From a virus, in IMG/VR virus record IMGVR_UViG_3300044655_002046: a DNA stretch of 64,000 bases; one strand, given 5' to 3'. The translations under genes and the position numbers were made by a program. The notes beneath the pieces are model-generated. The model saw only the letters and a list, made by a program, of their open reading frames with translations. It ran no database searches and had not been told where the DNA came from. Of this stretch, positions 38,518-46,893 are shown piece by piece (positions within the stretch are counted from its first letter, which is position 1; every line of letters begins with the position of its first letter).

Positions 38518-39942
38518 ATGACAGACCATCTCACCAATCCCTTTCTCAGTCTCCCTTACGAAAGCGCCATGCAGGACTTGGGGGACCAATACTACGATCA
38601 AGTTGCAGCTGCGGATTTTCCCAGTCATATCCTTCGTTTTCGCAATGATGCTTTATTACCTTTGGTGGGAATCCAGCCAGAATTAACCTTAGATGAGCAT
38701 TTTATCGAGGCTTTTGGTAAATTTCAATCCCTGACCCCTTTTTTGGCCCTGCGTTACCACGGTTATCAATTTGGCGAGTATAATCCTTTTTTAGGAGATG
38801 GTCGCGGTTTTCTCTACGGTCAAGTTAGGGGTATTGATGGCAAATTATACGATTTTGGCACGAAAGGATCGGGACGAACCCCCTATTCCCGTCATGCGGA
38901 CGGTAGGTTAACTCTCAAGGGTGGAGTTAGAGAAGTCTTAGCTGGGGAAGCTTTACGCGGTTTAGGGGTAAATACCTCTCGCTGTCTGAGTTTGGTGGAA
39001 ACGGGGGAAGCTCTCTGGCGCGGCGATGAACCTTCCCCGACGCGATCTTCGGTGATGATTCGAGTTAGTAATTCTCATATTCGTTTCGGGACTTTCGAGC
39101 GTTTATTTCATATTAAACGTAGTGATTTAATTAAAAGACTCCTCGATCATGTGATTATTTATTATTATCCTGAAATCAATCCCCAAGATAGCGATCGCTA
39201 TTTAAAATTTTACGCCGCTTTAATCGAAAGAACCGCTAAATTAGCAGCCCAATGGATGGCCGCAGGTTTTTGTCATGGGGTTCTCAATACCGATAATATG
39301 TCAATTACTGGGGAAAGTTTTGATTATGGTCCCTACGCTTTTATTCCTTCCTATAACCCCCAATTTACGGCGGCTTATTTCGACTACGGCGGCCGTTATA
39401 GTTACGGTAATCAGCCTTTTATCTGTCGTTTAAATCTAGAGTTACTGCAATCTCCCCTGGCTATGGTTGTCTCCTTGTTAGAGTTAGATATGGCTTTGGC
39501 TAACTATGACCAGCGTTACAATTTTTATTATCAAAAAATGATGCTCAAAAAGTTAGGTTTTGAGGATATTTTTACTCCCGAATCTGCTTTACTGGTTAGC
39601 AAAACTGTGGAAGTTCTCCAAGAAACTGGCCTCGGTTATCACGACTTTTTCTATCAATTAAGTGAACAATTTAATTACGGTTGGCGAGAAAATAGTTCTC
39701 TAATTCTTGAAAATATGGATTTACCGAAAGCTGATTGGCAACGTTGGCGAGAGTTATATAGTTTGGTCTTAAATCAATCACCCCCAGATTCCTTGTCTCA
39801 AATTGGCGATACCTTAACGCATTATAATCCTAAAACCGCTTTACTTAGACCGCTAATCGAATCAGTTTGGGAGGCAATTACCTATAAAGATGATTGGCAA
39901 CCTTTCCACGAATTAGTGATAAAATTACAGAATAGACAGTAA
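38518..39942 (+). CDS. selO: protein adenylyltransferase SelO/YdiU (pseudokinase AMPylase), cyanobacterial type
   Basis: [36 protein letters not shown] and [18 protein letters not shown] motifs; full length, 474 aa. Confidence 0.95.
   Translation: MTDHLTNPFLSLPYESAMQDLGDQYYDQVAAADFPSHILRFRNDALLPLVGIQPELTLDEHFIEAFGKFQSLTPFLALRYHGYQFGEYNPFLGDGRGFLYGQVRGIDGKLYDFGTKGSGRTPYSRHADGRLTLKGGVREVLAGEALRGLGVNTSRCLSLVETGEALWRGDEPSPTRSSVMIRVSNSHIRFGTFERLFHIKRSDLIKRLLDHVIIYYYPEINPQDSDRYLKFYAALIERTAKLAAQWMAAGFCHGVLNTDNMSITGESFDYGPYAFIPSYNPQFTAAYFDYGGRYSYGNQPFICRLNLELLQSPLAMVVSLLELDMALANYDQRYNFYYQKMMLKKLGFEDIFTPESALLVSKTVEVLQETGLGYHDFFYQLSEQFNYGWRENSSLILENMDLPKADWQRWRELYSLVLNQSPPDSLSQIGDTLTHYNPKTALLRPLIESVWEAITYKDDWQPFHELVIKLQNRQ
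39191..39198. repeat. HIP1 octamer GCGATCGC
   Basis: Exact cyanobacterial highly iterated palindrome inside selO. Confidence 0.8.
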
Positions 39943-39957
39943 TTAAGTAATAAGTAA

Positions 39958-40050
39958 TGGTCAGCTGTAGTTACCTATCGTCAAACCAAAATCCGTATTA
40001 TTTCAGTCCGATGCTCTAGACCTAAAGAGGTAAAAATTTATGAAAGCTGA
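39958..40050 (+). pseudogene. brnT: BrnT toxin C-terminal remnant (WSAVVTYRQTKIRIISVRCSRPKEVKIYES)
   Basis: Matches the BrnT C-terminal W.AV.TYR...IRIISVR.SR..E...YE motif and overlaps the brnA start. No start codon or N-terminal part. Confidence 0.75.
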
Positions 40051-40246
40051 AGATTTTGACCTCAAATTTGATGATGGAGAAGATATGATCGAATATTTGA
40101 ATTTAACTAAAATTAAACGTTCTAGTGTAGTTTCTCATCAACCAAAAATCTTATTTTCCGAAGAAGTAAACATTAAATCTCAGGAAAAATCCACTTGGAA
40201 ACCTTGTGTTATAATTGATAAGTCTCGAATCGAAGATGATAACTAA
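40040..40246 (+). CDS. brnA: BrnA/CopG-type antitoxin-like ORF with aberrant C-terminus
   Basis: MKAEDFD.KFD.GED..EYL.L.K..R is the typical N-terminus. The usual ribbon-helix-helix tail is not recognisable. Confidence 0.6.
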   Translation: MKAEDFDLKFDDGEDMIEYLNLTKIKRSSVVSHQPKILFSEEVNIKSQEKSTWKPCVIIDKSRIEDDN

Positions 40247-40314
40247 TGATCTTTGGTATGAGGCGGTAGATGCAAATGTTGAGTTAAGCCATCGTGCATA
40301 ATGTTCTTATAGAA

Positions 40315-40370
40315 TAAGTACCTAAGCAAAATTAATTACACATATCTAATCCCCTCTTTACCTCTTGCCC
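40315..40370 (+). repeat. left copy of 35-bp imperfect inverted repeat followed by CCTCTTG-type heptamer repeats
   Basis: TAAGTACCTAAGCAAAATTAATTACACATATCTAA matches the reverse complement of 44687-44721 at 29/35 positions. Confidence 0.85.
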
Positions 40371-40398
40371 CCTGCCTTTCTTCACTGGGAAATTTATT

Positions 40399-40644
40399 TT
40401 GCACGACTATTTATCATTTCTTGCTAATATTAAAGAGCAATGCAGCAAATGTCAACGAGATGAACGGAAACAAGCTTTTAGAAAAGCTGAACGCTTTGTT
40501 ACAGATGCTAGTGAGCAAGGTGGTGTCACTCCAGAGGCACAACCGTGCTCATTTCAGAGTTCTAAACGTAAAACTAAAAACGCCCGTGTAGATATTGAAA
40601 TTCGCAGTGGTCTTACCTTTATTTCTTCGCCCCAAACAGAATGA
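40399..40644 (+). CDS. small basic protein, possible truncated toxin domain
   Basis: 81-aa TTG-start ORF ending ARVDIEIRSGLTF, with an ATGA overlap with the next ORF. Confidence 0.45.
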   Translation: MHDYLSFLANIKEQCSKCQRDERKQAFRKAERFVTDASEQGGVTPEAQPCSFQSSKRKTKNARVDIEIRSGLTFISSPQTE

Positions 40645-41456
40645 CAACGATGCTTAGAAGAGTACAACAATTTTTAGACTCTGGCAATAGTGATAACGCT
40701 AGAGAAGAAATTGATAGAGCTTTCGGCAATCTGAGAAAGGTGGATAGTCATGTTAGAGAGTTTGCCGCTCTGTTGGCACTGGGATCGATCAAAGCTTCAG
40801 AAATTGGCTTAGGGGTATTGGGACGTAAGTTTCTACAGAATGACAGCGAGATTAACAACGAGGTTGTTTGGTTATTTATTGCGTCAATTTTATCTCGCAA
40901 TAGTATTCCCCCTGATAGTCCATCTAGAATCAGCCTACTTGTTCTTACCGCTTCTGTCAATAATTGGGAATTACCAATTTTTGCGCTTCTTGCCCCTGCC
41001 CTCGACGCTTTTTTTAAAGTTAGTCTTGCGGACGGAACACCTTTAATTGCCGAACAAACTCTTGATTTTTTGGCCACTTGGGGAAGACTTTATGCGAAAG
41101 CACCGCATATCAAAACGCAGCTTCAAGAACTTCAATCTCTTAGTAATAATCTATTAGAGCAAGTAGATGACTCAGAGTTAAAAGCTGAATGGTCAGAGGG
41201 AATTAATATATTTTTTGAAGAAGCCAGTACAACCAAATATTCAGATAGTAATGTTTTTTCTGCTGGTCAAGACTTAATTAAAAGAATATATAATACTCAA
41301 AGTTTACAGCGCGATACAGAAGATAAGAATTTGGCAGAGACAAAAGACAAGTTACTCCGATTAGTCACTTCGTCTCTTGCTACTATTGGAACAGTTCTTG
41401 ATAGTCATGGAGTCATACTAAATCCGGTTTTTGATAATTCTAGTAAAATAATGTAA
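40641..41456 (+). CDS. all-alpha hypothetical protein (possible immunity partner)
   Basis: 271-aa helical-repeat-like ORF coupled to the upstream ORF. Confidence 0.6.
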   Translation: MTTMLRRVQQFLDSGNSDNAREEIDRAFGNLRKVDSHVREFAALLALGSIKASEIGLGVLGRKFLQNDSEINNEVVWLFIASILSRNSIPPDSPSRISLLVLTASVNNWELPIFALLAPALDAFFKVSLADGTPLIAEQTLDFLATWGRLYAKAPHIKTQLQELQSLSNNLLEQVDDSELKAEWSEGINIFFEEASTTKYSDSNVFSAGQDLIKRIYNTQSLQRDTEDKNLAETKDKLLRLVTSSLATIGTVLDSHGVILNPVFDNSSKIM

Positions 41457-41485
41457 GATTTAAATAATGAATCAAGGAGACAATT

Positions 41486-41716
41486 ATGAGTAAATTGCAA
41501 GATAGTGTTAATGAATTAGTTAAGTACATTCTTGAGTATAAAATTGATTATTGGAGTGAGCTAGACGTTCAATTAACCAAAGAGGAAGCTGAAAACATGA
41601 CTGCTATTTTGATTGGCAGTTTAATTGATGACATTGAGGATGCTGACATTGAGGATGCTTATAATGAAATGTATGAACCACCAGATAATCCTGACCCACT
41701 TTATATATGGTTTTGA
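41486..41716 (+). CDS. acidic hypothetical protein
   Basis: AGGAG RBS within an AATGAATC.AGGAGA.AATTATG motif shared with ORF 41769. Confidence 0.7.
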   Translation: MSKLQDSVNELVKYILEYKIDYWSELDVQLTKEEAENMTAILIGSLIDDIEDADIEDAYNEMYEPPDNPDPLYIWF

Positions 41717-41720
41717 ATTT

Positions 41721-41738
41721 AGTTATCAGTTATTAGTT
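41721..41738. repeat. cyanobacterial STRR-like heptamer repeat (AGTTATC/AGTTATT)
   Basis: agttatcagttattagtt lies in the intergenic gap. Confidence 0.55.
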
Positions 41739-41768
41739 CAAAAACAACAATGAATCGAGGAGAAAATT

Positions 41769-41957
41769 ATGAAGCTTATTGCAAACATGAACACTACTAC
41801 AATTAGATATTATGCTAATTTTTACGCAGGACAATATCGGAGTTCTAAGCAAGAATCTGGAGAAAATGTACAGAAAAAACGTGACACTTTATACTCGAAA
41901 ATCAAAGAGTATAATAAAATTTTAGAACAGCGTGGACTTGAAAAAGTAAAGGTGTAG
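41769..41957 (+). CDS. hypothetical protein
   Basis: RBS motif shared with ORF 41486. Confidence 0.7.
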   Translation: MKLIANMNTTTIRYYANFYAGQYRSSKQESGENVQKKRDTLYSKIKEYNKILEQRGLEKVKV

Positions 41958-41964
41958 GTACAGA

Positions 41965-42129
41965 ATGATGACAAATTCAGAAAAGCGACTATGGAGTATA
42001 ATCTTTCGGATAACTATTCTGGTTTATATAGTAGTTTCAACGGCTTTATCGCTAGAATTTATAGATTCTCATAAAGACTATAAGGCTAATTTAAGGTCTA
42101 TCATACAGTACTGTTTAGACAACAAATGA
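41965..42129 (+). CDS. 54-aa single-TM protein
   Basis: Translated by hand: MMTNSEKRLWSIIFRITILVYIVVSTALSLEFIDSHKDYKANLRSIIQYCLDNK. Confidence 0.55.
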   Translation: MMTNSEKRLWSIIFRITILVYIVVSTALSLEFIDSHKDYKANLRSIIQYCLDNK

Positions 42130-42139
42130 AAGTGTAATC

Positions 42140-42301
42140 ATGGAGAAAGAAACTAAAAAAGTGTGGAAAACCTTATCAAATCAGTATGACATTGATAAGA
42201 ACAAAGGACTTGTCAGAGGAACAGAAGAACAAGAGTCTGCTAATAGACTCAAAGCATATTTAGATTATTGCAAAAAACACCTAAAGGATTGGAGACAATG
42301 A
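42140..42301 (+). CDS. 53-aa hypothetical protein
   Basis: Translated by hand: MEKETKKVWKTLSNQYDIDKNKGLVRGTEEQESANRLKAYLDYCKKHLKDWRQ. Confidence 0.55.
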   Translation: MEKETKKVWKTLSNQYDIDKNKGLVRGTEEQESANRLKAYLDYCKKHLKDWRQ

Positions 42302-42474
42302 GATACAGAATCAGGACAATAGATAAAAAAATAAGCCTTGCAGAATTAGAACATCTATGCACAAAAGCCGACTAATGGCTTACTTAGAAGCTCTAAGTCG
42401 CAACGGACATCATAGCATCGTAGTAGAGGAAACAGTAGGTATTTCCTAATAATTTCACCCAACAGGAGTAACAA

Positions 42475-42873
42475 ATGGACATACAGCTAGTAGCGGAAAA
42501 GCTATTCAATTTCTGTAAAGAAAAATACCCAGACTTAGACTGGAATTTTGATTTTACGGATAATGACTATAAAATCATTCAATGCTTAACTTTTTATAAT
42601 GACAACATAGAGATTAAATATGGTATTTGGGCGGGATTAGACGGACGACTCAAATGTGTTGAGTGGCAAAATAACCAAATGGGAAAGTTTAAAATTTGGA
42701 TAAATCCTCCTACTGAAGACATGAGTGATCGGTATGAAGACTATATACGGTTTCAAAATCTTGCCTATGATAGACATGAGCTATGGAGTGCAGAACATTG
42801 GGAATTAGTTAGTCAACACCGAAAAGTAATGCTAGATATTTTTAACTTCATCCTTGATGAAATTCAGGAATAA
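42475..42873 (+). CDS. array family A protein, copy 1
   Basis: MD...KL.NFCKEKYPDLDW ... RKVMLDIFNFILDEIQE; AGGAG RBS. Confidence 0.8.
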   Translation: MDIQLVAEKLFNFCKEKYPDLDWNFDFTDNDYKIIQCLTFYNDNIEIKYGIWAGLDGRLKCVEWQNNQMGKFKIWINPPTEDMSDRYEDYIRFQNLAYDRHELWSAEHWELVSQHRKVMLDIFNFILDEIQE

Positions 42874-42880
42874 AAACATT

Positions 42881-42903
42881 ACTGGACAGAATATCTGTCC
42901 AGT
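42881..42903. other. perfect 10-bp-stem hairpin ACTGGACAGA-ata-TCTGTCCAGT
   Basis: Perfect inverted repeat in the intergenic gap between family A copies. Confidence 0.8.
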
Positions 42904-42927
42904 AAATTCACCTAATAGGAGCAACAA

Positions 42928-43332
42928 ATGGACACATGGCAAATAGCTTACAAAATATTAGAGTTTTGCCAAGGAAAATACCCAGATTTAGAGTGGAATG
43001 TAAGTAAATTAAATAGTGAGTGTACGAATAAAACCGTAATTTGTGGGGTAGATTTTCCGTTTAAAATGACTCTAGAAATTGGCTCAGACAAAAGAGATGA
43101 GTCTTCTTTTTATAAGGAAGAAACTACTGACGATTATATAATCGGTCATTTTGACTTGGTTAATAAAGGTTGGCTGGGGACGTTTGGTATCGGTCTAAAT
43201 TGTAATAAAAAAATAGATTTTCGTAGTTTCCCAGTAACAGAGTGGGATAAAAAAGACTGGGACTTGCACAAACAATATCGAAAAGTAATGCTAGATATTT
43301 TTAACTTCATCCTTGATGAGATTCAAGAGTAA
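42928..43332 (+). CDS. array family A protein, copy 2
   Basis: Conserved N- and C-termini with copy 1; 41 bp identical at 42820-42860 vs 43279-43319. Confidence 0.8.
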   Translation: MDTWQIAYKILEFCQGKYPDLEWNVSKLNSECTNKTVICGVDFPFKMTLEIGSDKRDESSFYKEETTDDYIIGHFDLVNKGWLGTFGIGLNCNKKIDFRSFPVTEWDKKDWDLHKQYRKVMLDIFNFILDEIQE

Positions 43333-43378
43333 AAACAATACTATTTTGTCTAGTAATTTCACCCAACAGGAGCAACAA

Positions 43379-43792
43379 ATGGACACATGGGAAATAGATG
43401 CTTACAAAATGATAGAAGTATTAAAACAAATCGGAGTTTTTTGTGATAATGCTTATAAAATGGCTGATTACTCAAAATGGACTCTTAAGCTAAGGCAAAT
43501 AGATGTTTTCACCAATTTAGTATTAGAGGGCTCTATTAATATTCTCTATCCAAACGAGCTAAAAGGAAGATACGATGTTTGGGTTGAGTATCGTTCCAAG
43601 TCATCTAAAACTCTAGTAGTTAGGGTAAAGGGGACAGCCACCTGGTATAATTGGGTTGAAATAGATTCGATTAAAAAAGAGTCAAAAAGTGAAGGAGACA
43701 ACGAAACCTTAAATATTTTGATTCCAGAAGCAACAAAGATAATGGAGACTATTTTAGGCTTTATTAAAACAACTGAGGTTACAGACACTTAA
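43379..43792 (+). CDS. array family B protein, copy 1 (family-A-type start fused to MIEVLK... body)
   Basis: The AGGAG RBS at 43368 points to ATG 43379 (MDTWEIDAYKMIEVLK). The C-terminus GDNE.L.ILIPEATKIMETIL.FIKTTE is shared with 44137..44643. Confidence 0.8.
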   Translation: MDTWEIDAYKMIEVLKQIGVFCDNAYKMADYSKWTLKLRQIDVFTNLVLEGSINILYPNELKGRYDVWVEYRSKSSKTLVVRVKGTATWYNWVEIDSIKKESKSEGDNETLNILIPEATKIMETILGFIKTTEVTDT

Positions 43793-43796
43793 AACA

Positions 43797-44129
43797 ATGG
43801 CAACAAACGAAGAACTAGGACTTCCGCCTAAAGGAACGTATCCAGCTAAGGTAATTAAAGTTATCGATGATTTTAAAGTAGTAATAAACCGTGGTGAATT
43901 AAATCGTATCCGAATAGATGACTCCCACTTGGTTTATTCAATTACAAACAAGCCAATATACGACCCAATAACTAGAGACTTCATTGGTCATCGTATCCTT
44001 TATAAAGGGTCGGGAATGGTTATTTCTGTTGAGGAAAATACCTCTATTATTCAAGCTTGTAGTAATTCTCGATATGACTGCGAGAAATTTATTAATGTTT
44101 GTGTCGGTGATCTAGTTATTTGTATTTGA
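43797..44129 (+). CDS. FlgT-C-like beta-barrel hypothetical protein
   Basis: AKVIKVIDDFKVVINRG...YDP.T...IG....KG.G.V..V pattern. Confidence 0.5.
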   Translation: MATNEELGLPPKGTYPAKVIKVIDDFKVVINRGELNRIRIDDSHLVYSITNKPIYDPITRDFIGHRILYKGSGMVISVEENTSIIQACSNSRYDCEKFINVCVGDLVICI

Positions 44130-44136
44130 GGCAAAA

Positions 44137-44643
44137 ATGATAGAAGTATTAAAAGAAAAACTACTAGAAGAAATCTCTGATTTCTGTAAAGAAACTTTTA
44201 AGCAGCCTAAAAATTGGAGTCTTGAAGCGCAGAAGCTCGGCGCAAGTTCCTACGACAAGGATACCAATACTTTCGAGCATTTATATAGGGAGCTTGTCTT
44301 AAAAGGCGTGATTTTTGTTGTTTATCCTAGCGAATTACTACAAGGAGTTTTTCCTCCTGACATATTACTAGGAAGATATTATATTTCAATTAAATATCTT
44401 TCCAAGCCGTCCAACATTTTAAAGACTAAAGTAGAAAGTTATTTGACACAAACTCAGATGACTATGTTGCTAATAGGAGATTATCACCGAGAAAGTAAAA
44501 GCTGGGTTCAGCTTATTTCAACTAAAGAAGAATTAGATGTTGCGGGAGATAACGAAGGTTTAAAGATATTGATTCCAGAAGCAACAAAGATAATGGAGAC
44601 TATTTTAGACTTTATTAAAACAACTGAGGCTACAGCCACTTAA
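44137..44643 (+). CDS. array family B protein, copy 2
   Basis: Starts MIEVLK. A ~125-bp near-identical 3' end plus next-gene start is shared: 43694-43817 vs 44545-44668. Confidence 0.8.
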   Translation: MIEVLKEKLLEEISDFCKETFKQPKNWSLEAQKLGASSYDKDTNTFEHLYRELVLKGVIFVVYPSELLQGVFPPDILLGRYYISIKYLSKPSNILKTKVESYLTQTQMTMLLIGDYHRESKSWVQLISTKEELDVAGDNEGLKILIPEATKIMETILDFIKTTEATAT

Positions 44644-44674
44644 AACAATGGCAATAAATGAAGAACTTAGAATA

Positions 44675-44721
44675 GGCAAGAGGTAGTTAAATATGTGTAA
44701 TTAATTATCTCTAGCTACTTA
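44675..44721 (-). repeat. right copy of the 35-bp inverted repeat, coinciding with the island end
   Basis: The minus strand reads TAAGTAGCTAGAGATAATTAATTACACATATTTAA-CTACCTCTTGCC. Confidence 0.85.
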
Positions 44722-44870
44722 CATCTAATAGAATATCGCCGGGATAACTCATTGTATCCTGTATGCCCGGTGTTATTTGTTCAGTTGCTAGCCTAAGTTA
44801 TATCACGGGAGACCTGAGTCTGGTATTTGTACAGCCTTAATAGATATAGCGTCAGAGCTATACGCAGGTG

Positions 44871-45686
44871 CTAGCAGTATACTAGATGTTGTCCTATTAC
44901 TCTCATCAGTATATTACCAGAGCCTAGACGACCACAACTTATATATAACTCATGTGAATTACCTATTATGCTCGCTACGCCTCCAATTTCCAGCGGCCTA
45001 TCCAACCATACTAGAAATGGCTGCGCCTTAATATATTCATCGAGGACTACATCACTAGCTGGCTTTGCCTGTTTCTCCCTACAACTTACATTAGGCCTGG
45101 GGGTTATAGTGCGGGCTGTAGTACTGGTATTATTAGTTATACCAAATACACCATTGTCAGTAGAGTCCCCTATTTTATACGACACTATGCAGTGTAGATC
45201 CATTGGATAGTTAACAGTGTATGCCTCAGTTGGATAACCTATATAATTAAACACATAACCATTCTGATCTGGCACACCTGAGTTCAAGCGTATTTGTAGT
45301 ATACCTAGGCCCGCACTAGAGGCTGCCATATATACGACTCGCTCACCTGTCAAGTTAGGTAGGACATATGGGTTCTGCACAGGAACAAATGGGCCGGGCG
45401 TAGTTTCATTGTGAGGATATACTCCTGCTATGCGTAAGTTGTTGTCAAATACTACACGAGTCTTACCATCACTAGCAGTAGTTGTAATGGCTCCAGATAT
45501 AAGCTCTCGGGAAGGTATGCGCGCGTGGAACCCCATAACATTAGGTAATACTTCATTATTAGCAGCACCTAGCGCTGTGTCTAGAAACTCTACTAATTGA
45601 GAACGCGTGATATCTATACCAGGACTGGGTCCTGATTTATAACCAAAGTATGTTATGCCGCTTATTGTGTTTATTGGAGTAATCAT
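44871..45686 (-). CDS. hypothetical tail-associated protein
   Basis: 271-aa ORF with backbone codon usage, lying between two host-derived islands. Confidence 0.7.
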   Translation of the reverse strand: MITPINTISGITYFGYKSGPSPGIDITRSQLVEFLDTALGAANNEVLPNVMGFHARIPSRELISGAITTTASDGKTRVVFDNNLRIAGVYPHNETTPGPFVPVQNPYVLPNLTGERVVYMAASSAGLGILQIRLNSGVPDQNGYVFNYIGYPTEAYTVNYPMDLHCIVSYKIGDSTDNGVFGITNNTSTTARTITPRPNVSCREKQAKPASDVVLDEYIKAQPFLVWLDRPLEIGGVASIIGNSHELYISCGRLGSGNILMRVIGQHLVYC

Positions 45687-45687
45687 T

Positions 45688-46893
45688 GTAAGTACGTAGA
45701 ACAGAATACAAGTGCAACATTTAACCTAAACAAAGTTAAGTATTGCTACTCAAACCTTGAAAAGTACGGCATCATCTCGTAGGTGGTTAGGGGACAGGAA
45801 TGACATTAGCGCCACTGATCCCAAATCCACTGGTGATAAACAGTCCGAAAATATTATCATCATCGCTTGGGTTCACTGTTGCTAAGCGCAAGAAAGTATC
45901 TCCAGGCTGGATAAAAGGAGTGGCACTAGCACTATTGCCAAGAGCAAGGTTATAGTATTCGTCGTCCGGATTATTACCATTAGGTACAGCGGTTGGGTTG
46001 ACATTGGCGGGGTTATCACCTATCCCCCCCACAGTTATCAGATTCCCGTTTACTGAATTTTGACCAGTAGTACGGTCATTCGCCCCTCCCGCACTCGAGG
46101 TTAAAAGTCGATTATTGGTTGAGTTGGTAGTTACGTTAATAATAGTAGTTTGCGGCTGCCCTGCGGCTGGCTGTCTACTATAACTAATGGCGAGGGAAAC
46201 CAAAAAATCCCCGCTAACGTAAGGACTAGCAAAATTAAACTGAACTGTGTCTCCCGTCGTAGCAAGTTCGCCGTCTAAGATAACTGAGGTAAAACCTTGG
46301 GTAGAAGGATTGCTGTAGGCAACAACAAGAGCCGCACCATCGTTGGTTAGGTTTGGAGAGGGCGGTCCATTCTCAACGATACTAAAGTTTTGGAGTCCTC
46401 CGGTGAAAGCAGAAGCGATGATACTGGTGACATCCCAACGGAGGGTGATAGCTTGGTTTTTATCGGGACCAAGAATAATTGATGATTCTCGGGGAAGTGT
46501 ATTCCCATTAAAAGTTACTCCGTAAACTTGTTCTAAATCCCAAACGGAAGCGGCGTAAAGATAAGCTTTCAGAATAGTAGAGCCCGCCGGTATATCAGTT
46601 TGAATAGATCCACTATTAGTTGTGCTTCCGAAACCGTCGGTAGAAAGGGCAGCATTGGGAATGATTTCAATAACTTCAATGATTTCTGTCGGCCTACTGG
46701 GTAAAACCCCAGGGCAATATATAGCAGATTGGCTGACTTCAATGATTTTTATCGGTCTATTGGGTAAAACCCCAGGGCAATATATAACAGATTGGTTGAC
46801 TTCAATAATTTTTATCGGTCTATTGGGTAAAACCCCAGGGCAATATATAGCAAATTGGCTGACTTCAATGATTTTTATCGGTCTATTGGGTAA
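45688..46893. mobile_element. ~1.2-kb host-type insert bounded by GTAA direct repeats
   Basis: GTAA at 45688-45691 and 46890-46893, with a composition shift. Excision gives ...YCAGVLQ-stop with an ATGA overlap on the 45686 start. Confidence 0.65.

Larger units (their letters stand above)
38477..44722. mobile_element. 6.24-kb cyanobacterial-type island bounded by TTAC direct repeats, interrupting a small phage ORF
   Basis: Abrupt change in composition and strand, HIP1 site at 39191, and TTAC at 38477-38480 and 44719-44722. Joining the flanks gives a 54-aa in-frame ORF. Confidence 0.7.

Noticed and set aside
43313-43378. Upstream start for ORF 43313..43792
   Set aside because: It overlaps the previous gene end. 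The repeated AGGAG leader places the start at 43379.
38477-44722. Prophage boundary (host chromosome flank) interpretation of the selO region
   Set aside because: Phage tail genes continue on both sides and the flanks rejoin into one ORF, so this is an insert within the phage. Mis-assembly cannot be excluded without reads.
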